This document shows positions 38,415 through 46,494 of a stretch of 60,441 nucleotides of DNA, in pieces. Each line of letters opens with the position of its first letter. Within the stretch, counting starts at the first letter, position 1. This stretch comes from a virus. Taxonomy: Duplodnaviria > Caudoviricetes. The notes below the pieces were generated by a model. It had not been told where the DNA came from. It was given only the letters and a program-made list of their open reading frames with translations, and did no database searches. Where the stretch lies: positions 1 to 60,441 of IMG/VR virus record IMGVR_UViG_3300045283_000290; one strand, written 5' to 3'. Position numbers and translations under genes: made by a program.

Positions 38415-38903
38415 CTACCACCGGCCGCGGAGTCCCGGGAAGACGTAGCTGGCCGCCGCTGCACGCCGGGCCCGCTGCGGGCCGGGCACGTAGAAGCCGG
38501 TGCGGAACTGCGCCGTGGCCGACCAATACGCCGCGCCGTAGGGTGTCTGCAAGTACCACGACGCCGACGGGTTCTGGTTCGCGTCGAACTCCGCCTGCAC
38601 CGAGACGGAGCCCTGCGAGGCCGAGGAGATGCGGCCGACGATCGGCGGCGGCGGGATGATCCCGGAGTCGCTCGGGCGCCCCTGCGCGTCGCGCATCGAG
38701 AAGAGGTAGGCGACGTGCGCGGTGAGCAGCCCGAGGAGCGTCGGCGCCTGCGTCAGGCCGCTCGGCCAGCCGATCGTGTCGAACCACAGGCTGGCGAGCG
38801 GGAGGTAGGTGTTAGCGAAGGTCGTCGGGCCGATGCCCGCGAGCGCCGGATAGGTGGCGACCCAGGTGTTGTAGTCGATCGTTACGTTGCCCTGCGTCGC
38901 CAC
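38415..38903 (-). CDS. Head-tail adaptor DUF4054
   Basis: LLTAHVA...VGRISSASQGSVSV...WYLQTPYGAAYW. Confidence 0.88.
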   Translation of the reverse strand: MATQGNVTIDYNTWVATYPALAGIGPTTFANTYLPLASLWFDTIGWPSGLTQAPTLLGLLTAHVAYLFSMRDAQGRPSDSGIIPPPPIVGRISSASQGSVSVQAEFDANQNPSASWYLQTPYGAAYWSATAQFRTGFYVPGPQRARRAAAASYVFPGLRGRW

Positions 38904-38915
38904 TGTTCATCACGA

Positions 38916-39476
38916 TCAGGCCGCGATGGGACGCCGGCGGCGCTGCTCCTCGTCATACTCGACGTTCTCGATCTCGGTGATGTTGATCGGGCGCGGCATG
39001 CGCGGATCCTGGTCGAGCGCATCGGGGTTGAGCGGCTGGAAGCCGCTCTCCAGCTTGGCGTGCTCGGCGGAGTGGCCCTCGGCGTGGTCGATCGACGCGT
39101 GCGCGTAGATGAGGCCGTTCACGACCATGTCGTCCGTCGCGTGCTGCTCGCGCCACGCCTCCCAGAAGTCGGCCCGGACGTTATGCGTGAGCGCGAAGCC
39201 GCCGTCGACCATCTCCGGCCGGCGGTACTTCTTCGGCGCCTGGCCGGCGGGCTCCTGCGTGCCGCGGATGTAGACCTGCCCCATGCTCGGGTCCGGCTCG
39301 TAGACGGTCTCGGCTTCCGAGCCGTAGCGGCCGGGGACCCTCTTCGTGACCGGCTTGTCGACGTGCAGCCAGATCGAGAACGGCAGCTTCGACGCGACGG
39401 TGACGGTCTTCGCGGACTTCAGCGGGTCGGTGCGGACGACGGGCGCGGCCGCGACCTTCGCCGGGGACTTCGACAT
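38916..39476 (-). CDS. Conserved phage protein downstream of the capsid gene
   Basis: VTVASKLP...GGFALTHNV.ADFWEAW...SGFQPLNP. Confidence 0.75.
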   Translation of the reverse strand: MSKSPAKVAAAPVVRTDPLKSAKTVTVASKLPFSIWLHVDKPVTKRVPGRYGSEAETVYEPDPSMGQVYIRGTQEPAGQAPKKYRRPEMVDGGFALTHNVRADFWEAWREQHATDDMVVNGLIYAHASIDHAEGHSAEHAKLESGFQPLNPDALDQDPRMPRPINITEIENVEYDEEQRRRRPIAA

Positions 39477-39551
39477 GGGTACTCCTCGGGGTTGCCGAGC
39501 GTGGCCCGCCGGACGCTCGAACTACTGCCGGCGGGCGCTCTCGGTGTGAAA

Positions 39552-40685
39552 TCAGACGCCGATCATGCCGGAGACGGCGACCGGGCTGCGAAGGATCGTG
39601 CCCCAGGTGCCCGACGTGTGCTTCTGCTTCCACGCCGATGACTCCGGCACCAGCTTGTGGGCGCGCAGCTTCTCGGTGAACGAGCAGTAGGCGACCGGCT
39701 GCCCCTGAATCTTCTTGGCGATAAGCTGCAGCACGTTGCCGGCGGACGAGTAGCCCTGCGGGTTGTTGGTGGTCTGCGTGCCGTACTGCGGCGCGGTCTT
39801 GATCTCGATGTTCGGGTAGCCCTTCTTGAGCAGGTCCGCGACGCTCACGCCGAAGGAGTTCGTGAAGGTGAGCGCGATCTCGCTCTGCGGGCTCATCGCG
39901 AGGAGCATCGGAGACTTGAGGTCGAGCGCGCCGTTCGTCTGCGCGATCAGCTTGTTCACGAGCGCGATGATGTCGTTGTAGACCTCGTTCGCGGTCGCGT
40001 TCGGCGTGTTGCCGCTGAACCAGCCAGTGCCGCCCGCCGCCTTCGTCGCCGGGGTCAGGAACGCCGACAGGAACGGGTTGTTGATGATGCCGTAGTTCTG
40101 CAGCCCGCTGATGCCGAAGGCGTAGCTGAGGTTCTGCGCGCGGTTGAGCAGGTCGGACGCCGCGCCCTGAAGCTCCGAGACGTAATTGATCTTCGCGAGG
40201 CCGGCGCGGTCGATCTCGCGCTCGCCGTAGCGGACCATCGTCTGGAAGTGGTAGCTCTGGAACTGCGGCCAGTTGAGGTTCACGCCGGCGCGGCCGTTCT
40301 CGTTGAAGTCCCCGTAGCTGGAGACCTCGCCGGTGATCTCGATCACCGGGAACATGTCGACGTCGGTGACCCACGTCCCGCGCTTGTTCTCGCCGAGCAT
40401 CTCGCCGAACGCGAGCGGCGACAGGATGACCCGGATAATCTCGGGGTCGATCATGGTCGAGAGGATCGCCGGGATGGCCGAGTTCGGGTCGGTCACCAGC
40501 GGACCGGCGGTGACGTCCATGCCGAGCGCGTCGAGCCCGAGCGCGTCCATCGCCAGCAGGTCGCCGTTGCCGTTCTTCCACTCGTCCGCGACGTAGGTCT
40601 TGATGCTCCGCGGGAGCACGATCCCCTTGGCCGCGATCATCGCCCGGTGATCGGCGAACCTGGCGAGAGCCTCTTGGCGGTTCAT
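39552..40685 (-). CDS. Major capsid protein (DUF2184-like)
   Basis: E.TGEVSSYGD, YG.IN.P and FTEKLRAH...QK..SGTWG.I motifs. Confidence 0.9.
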   Translation of the reverse strand: MNRQEALARFADHRAMIAAKGIVLPRSIKTYVADEWKNGNGDLLAMDALGLDALGMDVTAGPLVTDPNSAIPAILSTMIDPEIIRVILSPLAFGEMLGENKRGTWVTDVDMFPVIEITGEVSSYGDFNENGRAGVNLNWPQFQSYHFQTMVRYGEREIDRAGLAKINYVSELQGAASDLLNRAQNLSYAFGISGLQNYGIINNPFLSAFLTPATKAAGGTGWFSGNTPNATANEVYNDIIALVNKLIAQTNGALDLKSPMLLAMSPQSEIALTFTNSFGVSVADLLKKGYPNIEIKTAPQYGTQTTNNPQGYSSAGNVLQLIAKKIQGQPVAYCSFTEKLRAHKLVPESSAWKQKHTSGTWGTILRSPVAVSGMIGV

Positions 40686-40728
40686 CTCTGCGCTCCCTCG
40701 TGAAGTTTTAGGTCAGCCTCGGCCACTA

Positions 40729-41721
40729 TCAGCCGAGCGGGTGGTCGGTGATCTTGACCAGCTCGCCCGTCAGACCCGAGGACATCGCGTACCACTTCGT
40801 CTCGATGTACGCGGTCTGCGTGATGGTGGTCGAGCCGACCACGGTGTTGTTGTTGACGAAGTAGGTCCCGGTGCCACCAGTGCCGGTGCCGAACTGCGTC
40901 ACGGCCGTCCCGGCCGCCACGCCCGCGCCCGCGAGCACGCCGCCGCCGATGACGGCGCCCGAGCCGACCGCGGTCACGGTCATCGTCCCGTAGGTGCCGG
41001 AGACCGTGGTCGACGCGGCCGTCTGCTCGTCGATCGAGACGTAGTAGCGGCCGATGCCGCCGAGCGCCTCGCCGGCGAGAAGCGGCGTGAGCTGCGAGAC
41101 GATCTGCGTCCCGGTTGCGATGCCGGTGCCCGAGATGGTCGCGCCCTGGACGACCGTGCCGGAGCCGACGGCGGTGACCGTCAGGATGTTGTTGGTGATC
41201 GAGCCGGTGACCGAGAAGGTCGAGGCCGCGATCGAGGCGGTGACCGACGCCGCCTGCGGGGGCGCGCCCGTGGCAGCGAACGCGACCGAGCCGTCGGAGA
41301 ACTTCGCGTACGCCTTCATCGCCGCCTGGCCGGGGCCCTGCGGCAGCGCCTCGGTCGTGCCGGCATTGACGACCCAGAAGTCGCCGCCGGTCAGCAGCGT
41401 GGCCTGCGTCCCCTTCTGGATGGTCATCCCGGCGAACGCGAGGAACGCCGTGATTAGGCCCTGCTGCTCGCGGTGCACGAAGCCGGCCACCGGCCCGTAG
41501 TTGCCGCCGCCGACGTTCTGCGCGATCTGCGCCGTCCCGTTCGGGTCGAGCGGCGGGAACACCCACGCGAAGTTGCCGATCACCAGGCCGTTCGGGCCGG
41601 CGACCAGGCCGCCGGGGCCGGCGTTGTAGCTGAAGAACGGGTTGTTGCTGGCGAAGTCGCCCGCAACGGCCGCGTTCGGCTGATTGTAGACTTGCGTCTG
41701 GAAGCCGCCGGTGCCGGACAT
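40729..41721 (-). CDS. Capsid cement/decoration protein
   Basis: FQTQV..QP..AVAGDFAS.NP...GFVHREQQGLIT...ETKWY. Confidence 0.82.
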   Translation of the reverse strand: MSGTGGFQTQVYNQPNAAVAGDFASNNPFFSYNAGPGGLVAGPNGLVIGNFAWVFPPLDPNGTAQIAQNVGGGNYGPVAGFVHREQQGLITAFLAFAGMTIQKGTQATLLTGGDFWVVNAGTTEALPQGPGQAAMKAYAKFSDGSVAFAATGAPPQAASVTASIAASTFSVTGSITNNILTVTAVGSGTVVQGATISGTGIATGTQIVSQLTPLLAGEALGGIGRYYVSIDEQTAASTTVSGTYGTMTVTAVGSGAVIGGGVLAGAGVAAGTAVTQFGTGTGGTGTYFVNNNTVVGSTTITQTAYIETKWYAMSSGLTGELVKITDHPLG

Positions 41722-41763
41722 CTAAAAGCTCCTCCGTCGTGTGGCGTTCGGTTCGAGCGCCGA

Positions 41764-42918
41764 TCAGGCCGTGCCGATGCGCGCGGCGCCGGGAAACAAC
41801 GTGTTGAAGTCCGACAGCTGCGTCTCGTCCATGCCGAGGTGCGCATCGCCGGGCGCCTTCGGGCGGGCGTTGATCGGCTCGAGCATCGCGACCGCCAGCT
41901 TCAGGCCGGCGCTGTTGACGCCCTCGATCGACTTGCCGCGCGCCTTGAGCACGTGCCGGCGCACCGCGTCGGCGCTGTCGAACGCGAGGTCGCTGCGCAG
42001 CTTGCCGACCAGCGGAATCGCCTCGTCGAGCGCTACGCGGACCTCCGCCTGGTTCTGGCGCTCGCGCGCAACGGCCGCGCTGACCTCGCGCGTCATCTCG
42101 TCCTTCGTGACCATCTTGTCCCTCGCTCCGCGATCTTCGGCCTCCTTGGCCTCGCGCTTCTTGCGCTCGGTCTCCTCGTCGCTGGCGTAGTGGTGGTGGT
42201 GCTGCGCGTCTTTCCCGGCAGGGTGTCGGTCCTCGGCCGCCTTCTCGCGCTCGCGCCGCGCCTCCTCCGCCTCGCTCTCGTCGCGCGCGCCGTGATAGTG
42301 GTGGACGTCGTGGGCGGCGGCGCCCATCGCGCTCTCCGGCATCATGCCCTTGAGGTGCTCGATGTCGTCGTCGCCGAAGCCCTTGCCCCGCAGGTAGTCG
42401 AAGACCGCGTCGAAGCTCTTGCCCTTGTCGGCCTCGGCGAACTCCTCGCCGACGTCCTTCGGGATGCCGAGGTTCGACTGGCCGTGCGCGGCCGCCTCCA
42501 TCGCCTTGTGCTGCTCGGCCGAGACGGACTCGTCGAGCGTGCCGGGGAGTTCCTTGCCGGGCTCGTGCGGCTTCTCGAGCATCTTGAGCGCCGTCTCGAC
42601 GTGCCCGAGGTCGGCATCCTTCGCGATCGTCTTGCCGCGGATGACCTTGCGCAGGCGGTCGACGACGAGCTTCGGCTTGAAGTTCTTCGTGGTGAGGTCC
42701 GCCACGACCGGCATGAACTCGACCTTGGCGTCCATCGCCAGCAGCGGCTCGGTCGCGCGCTTGATGACGGCCAGCGAGACGGCGGCGAGCCTGGTCGGAC
42801 GGTTCATGATGTTCTCCCGCGTGAGCAGCGCCTCGTCGAGGCCGAGGGCCTTAGCCACCTCTCGCGGGGTCATCCCTTTGGCTTTGAGAGCGGCAACAAT
42901 TTCTTTAGCTGCGCTCAT
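41764..42918 (-). CDS. Scaffold-like protein (normally the C-terminal part of DUF2213 proteins)
   Basis: LAMDAK, AFDSADAV.R..L and LGMD motifs; charged, low complexity. Confidence 0.7.
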   Translation of the reverse strand: MSAAKEIVAALKAKGMTPREVAKALGLDEALLTRENIMNRPTRLAAVSLAVIKRATEPLLAMDAKVEFMPVVADLTTKNFKPKLVVDRLRKVIRGKTIAKDADLGHVETALKMLEKPHEPGKELPGTLDESVSAEQHKAMEAAAHGQSNLGIPKDVGEEFAEADKGKSFDAVFDYLRGKGFGDDDIEHLKGMMPESAMGAAAHDVHHYHGARDESEAEEARREREKAAEDRHPAGKDAQHHHHYASDEETERKKREAKEAEDRGARDKMVTKDEMTREVSAAVARERQNQAEVRVALDEAIPLVGKLRSDLAFDSADAVRRHVLKARGKSIEGVNSAGLKLAVAMLEPINARPKAPGDAHLGMDETQLSDFNTLFPGAARIGTA

Positions 42919-42981
42919 CGCCCCTCGCGAGATTCGGCGTCCCGCGATATTTCGCGCATTTTGTGAGAATCCGAAAGTGCG

Positions 42982-43179
42982 TCAGTGACCGACCACACGC
43001 TGGACGGCCTCCGGCTCGCGCTCGATCAGCATCAGGAGCACGCGCGCCGGCCCGTCGGGACGACGGCGGTCTTGCTCCCACTGGCGAAGCGTCTGGAGGT
43101 TGAGGCCGAAGGTAATCGCGAACTTGCGCTGGCTCATCCCGAGCCGCTCGCGGATCTCCCGGACGCTGGACTCAGCCAC
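42982..43179 (-). CDS. XRE/HigA-like HTH regulator
   Basis: [46 protein letters not shown]. Confidence 0.88.
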   Translation of the reverse strand: MAESSVREIRERLGMSQRKFAITFGLNLQTLRQWEQDRRRPDGPARVLLMLIEREPEAVQRVVGH

Positions 43180-44320
43180 CGAGCGCCTCCGCAAGAACGG
43201 CCCACTGCAAGTCGGCGAGCGAGTCGGCAACGACGACGTCGGGCCCGGCGCGCCCCTGCTCGACGAGGGCGACGTGGTTGACCCGGATGTCGCGCATCAC
43301 GCCGTCGTAGTCCTCCCCCTCCGGCGTTCGGCCGGGCGTCATGTCCGCCCGGTAGTGATAGCCCATCGAGAGCTGCTTCTTCTCGCTGTTGTTGATCGCC
43401 TCGATGGCCGGCTTCGTCCAGATAGTCAGGCTGTTGTCGAGGTACGGGTGCGAGAACGCGCCCTCGGTGCCGACCGAGCCGACGACGTCGTACTGCTGCG
43501 CGTCGTCTGCGCTTACCGGGATGTGCTTGCGGAGCAGCTGGACACCGTTTGACGACGCCGCGCCCCTCGCGAGTTCGTCGGGGTCGCGGTAGAGCCGGTA
43601 GAGCCGCCCCGGGTCGAGGCCGAGCTTCTCCCACCCCGGAATCTCGTTCCCCTTGTAGGGGCAGACGTTGGCCTTCGAGATGTGCACGCGCGCGACGCGC
43701 AGCCGGCCGTCCTGGTCCTCCTCGCGGCCGCCCACCGGCTGGTCCGCGGCGAAGTCGGTCGCCATGTCCCACGGCAGATAGTCGTAGGCGAGCGCCTGGT
43801 CCGACGCCTGCTTCTCGCGATCGAGCCCCATCACGTCGATCGCGTAGTCGACGCCCTCTCGGGTAAGCCAGGCGTGCCCGAACTCATGATGCGCCAGGCC
43901 GAGGTCGCACAGCTCGCCGCGGCCGACCTTCGACGGGATGTCTCCGTCCCATGTCGGCCCGTTGAGGAAGAGCCCGCGCATCGTGTCGCTTGCGCCGCCA
44001 GATAGCTCCCACTTCTGGCATACGGCCTTCGCTGCGATCGGGCCGGCGACAAGCGTGCAGCGGGCCGCGCCCTCGGCCGGACGGAACATTGCGCAGTTCG
44101 CGCACTTCTTCGGGCCCGGCGCCTCGTCGACGTAGCCGGCCTCCGCCTTCGTCAGCGACGGCTCGTCCTCGGCGTGCTCGTCCTCCTCGCGCTCCTCGGC
44201 GAAGAACTCGGCCAGGCCGGCCTCGAGCGCGCGCCACGCGCTCTCGGTCATGTCCTCGCCCTGGCGCCGCGTCGAGAGGGCGGCCGGGATCCCGGAGCTT
44301 GGCGCGGTGACGAGCGTCAT
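43172..44320 (-). CDS. DUF2213 head maturation protein with N-terminal HiPIP-like domain
   Basis: DGRL.V....[13 protein letters not shown]...LSMGY...[12 protein letters not shown], preceded by a CANC..F...C.LV.G.I....VCQKW segment. Confidence 0.85.
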   Translation of the reverse strand: MTLVTAPSSGIPAALSTRRQGEDMTESAWRALEAGLAEFFAEEREEDEHAEDEPSLTKAEAGYVDEAPGPKKCANCAMFRPAEGAARCTLVAGPIAAKAVCQKWELSGGASDTMRGLFLNGPTWDGDIPSKVGRGELCDLGLAHHEFGHAWLTREGVDYAIDVMGLDREKQASDQALAYDYLPWDMATDFAADQPVGGREEDQDGRLRVARVHISKANVCPYKGNEIPGWEKLGLDPGRLYRLYRDPDELARGAASSNGVQLLRKHIPVSADDAQQYDVVGSVGTEGAFSHPYLDNSLTIWTKPAIEAINNSEKKQLSMGYHYRADMTPGRTPEGEDYDGVMRDIRVNHVALVEQGRAGPDVVVADSLADLQWAVLAEALGG

Positions 44321-44353
44321 GCGTCAAGCCACTACCACGGAGTCGCGCCGCCG

Positions 44354-44395
44354 AAAAGGCGAGAGGGGCCGGTCCCGAAGGCCCCGCCCCCTCTC
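44354..44395 (-). terminator. Putative terminator hairpin
   Basis: GAGAGGGG...CCCCTCTC stem with TTTT downstream on the - strand. Confidence 0.45.
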
Positions 44396-44452
44396 CCATC
44401 CGTTTGCTGTGTGCTGATAGAGTTAGTCCGGTGCGTCAAGCGTAGACCGGCC

Positions 44453-44692
44453 TCAAGCGAATCCCATGCGGCCGCCGGGATGCGGGTCCGGCGCCTTCCT
44501 CACGCCGACCAGGATGGCGTCGCCGGTCGGCCGCGTGCGACCGCGGAACGTTCCGTCGGGCTCAAGCGCGCCCATGCGGGTGTGGCGATCGCTGCCCCTT
44601 AGCAACTCGCCACCCTCCTTGCTCATCCCCTGCGTCCCGATGATCTCGTACTCGGGATGCGCGCGCAGCCACTCCGCCTGCTCGTTGGTCAT
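44453..44692 (-). CDS. Small hypothetical protein
   Basis: Coupled ORF. Confidence 0.5.
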   Translation of the reverse strand: MTNEQAEWLRAHPEYEIIGTQGMSKEGGELLRGSDRHTRMGALEPDGTFRGRTRPTGDAILVGVRKAPDPHPGGRMGFA

Positions 44693-44907
44693 CGGAAGAC
44701 CTGCACCAGTTTTTGGTCAGACACCCGTTCCGACTGCCACCCATAGCTCGCAGCGCGTCTAGCCTGCTCGGCTGACACCCACATGCGACCACGCGGCAGG
44801 CTGCCGCACGCAATACCCCTTACCCCGTCACTTATCCAAAGATCGCCCATCGCATTGGCCACCTCGCCAGGAGTTTTAAGGTCGATGGTGGCCCCGGGAA
44901 TCCTCAT
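44689..44907 (-). CDS. Small hypothetical protein
   Basis: MRIPGATIDL...; lower GC. Confidence 0.4.
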   Translation of the reverse strand: MRIPGATIDLKTPGEVANAMGDLWISDGVRGIACGSLPRGRMWVSAEQARRAASYGWQSERVSDQKLVQVFR

Positions 44908-45128
44908 CGTTTTCTCCCGACGACCTCGCGGGCGAGCTGATGCGACGCATCGTCCCCCGGAATTTCGCCGTAGTCGATCATGCGGTTGCGCCACCCGTGC
45001 CAGAACGCGCGGCCGCGGTTCTCCCCGGGCTCGGGGTCGCCGCGCTGCGTCGTCGTGTAGCCCTCGATGACGGCCGAATGATCGAGCGTCGCGAGGTCGG
45101 CAGCGGTGCGCACGGGCGCGAACTTCAT
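44904..45128 (-). CDS. Small hypothetical protein
   Basis: Coupled ORF containing AFWHGWRN. Confidence 0.55.
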   Translation of the reverse strand: MKFAPVRTAADLATLDHSAVIEGYTTTQRGDPEPGENRGRAFWHGWRNRMIDYGEIPGDDASHQLAREVVGRKR

Positions 45129-45343
45129 TTGTAGATCGCCGCGCGCACGGCGGCATCCTTCGCCTCGAGCAGCTTGCGCAGCGCGACCCTCCGCTCCGGG
45201 TTGCGCGGTAGTTCGTCCACGAGATTGTGGGCGAGCAGGTGGAACGGGGCGGAGACCGTCTTCAGGTCGTCGCGGAGGTGCGCGAAGTCGAAGAACTGAA
45301 GAATCGGCTCGGTCGTGACCGTTGCGTCTTCGTGGTGTGCCAT
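45125..45343 (-). CDS. Small helical-hairpin protein, possibly Acb2/Tad1-like
   Basis: ILQFF.FAHL...LA..L..ELP.NPER.VALRKLLEAKDAAVRA. Confidence 0.6.
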   Translation of the reverse strand: MAHHEDATVTTEPILQFFDFAHLRDDLKTVSAPFHLLAHNLVDELPRNPERRVALRKLLEAKDAAVRAAIYK

Positions 45344-46134
45344 CAGCTAAACCCCTTCACTACCGGCCGCCAGGTACAGCGGCACCGGATAAGCTCGCCG
45401 GGCATGATGCGCCGGCGCACCCTCGGGTCCGGATCATACCAGCCCTCGCGGATGTTGAATCGCTTGCCGTGGTTCGCAAGGTGCGTCCGGCGCGGTTCCT
45501 TGCCGGCCTTCGAGTGCAGCCATACACCCTCCTCGAGGCCGAGGTCCAGCTCGCGCACGCGCCGCAGCGCCGTCGTCGCCTTGTTGTTCTGATCGAGCGC
45601 GATGAGGTTCGCGCGGTCCTGCGTCACGCCGAATCGCTTGCGCAGCTGGCGGGAGAGCGCGGCGAGGTCGCGGCCCTCGGTCACCGACCGCATCACCAGC
45701 CCCTCGACCTGGCCGTGGTACTCGACGCCGATCGACTTGATGAGCGAGACGTTCTCCGCGACGACGGCGTCGACCACGTCGCGCATCGCCGGCGTCATCT
45801 GGTAGCGGACCGTCATCCCGGCGTCGCGGAGTATCTTGCGCAGCGCGGCGTCGGAGCGCTGCCACGCCTTCTGCTGGAACCACTTCGCGAGCTTCGGGGC
45901 TGCCGCGTTGAATCGCCGCTCCCACCTGTCGCCGAGGACGCGCAGCTCGCGCTGAAGCTCGCGCGCCGGCGTGGCGTCGGTCGCCATCCGCGGCGGCTTC
46001 TCCTCGTATTGATCGGCGAGCACGGTCTCATAGTCGTCCGCCATCTCGGCGATGAGCCTGCGCATCTGGCGCCGGTAGGCGGCCGCGAGGCCCGCGTTCG
46101 GCCAGACCGGGCGGAGCGGCCGCGGCTTCTTCAC
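45343..46134 (-). CDS. Minor head protein (MuF/SPP1 gp7 family)
   Basis: ENVSLIKSI, RA.LIA.DQNNKA and WLHS...PR..H...PGELIRCRC motifs. Confidence 0.9.
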   Translation of the reverse strand: MKKPRPLRPVWPNAGLAAAYRRQMRRLIAEMADDYETVLADQYEEKPPRMATDATPARELQRELRVLGDRWERRFNAAAPKLAKWFQQKAWQRSDAALRKILRDAGMTVRYQMTPAMRDVVDAVVAENVSLIKSIGVEYHGQVEGLVMRSVTEGRDLAALSRQLRKRFGVTQDRANLIALDQNNKATTALRRVRELDLGLEEGVWLHSKAGKEPRRTHLANHGKRFNIREGWYDPDPRVRRRIMPGELIRCRCTWRPVVKGFS

Positions 46135-46494
46135 CTATTTGGTCCCCAGATTCGTATTGCTGTCGTTACCGACTCCGCAGATTTGGAAACACGGATTCGA
46201 GCCAACGACGGTGAAAGTTGAAGAAGCGACGATTGGCCCACCAGCGCCAGAGATTGGGCCAGCGACCGTAAATGAACGCCAGAACAGCCTTCCCCTACTT
46301 CGCAGCATTGCCGCCTCGTTGTAAAAGGGCCAATTCCTCCCCGAAAAAGCGGCGGCGCCGGGGCCGGATTGCCGAGACGCCGCTCGCTCATTCAGGTTGC
46401 CCCGATGCCGGGGATTATTTTCCCTTTTTCCCGCGCTGTCCACCCCCGAACAGCGCGTCGATCTCGGGCAGGTCCGAGAGGTCGTCGTCGTCGG

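Noticed and set aside
34070-38659. 1529-aa + strand ORF and similar long ORFs (28555-30120, 23791-25353, 32147-34318)
   Set aside because: Arg/Ala/Gly-rich shadow or alternate frames of recognisable - strand structural genes, as expected in high-GC DNA.
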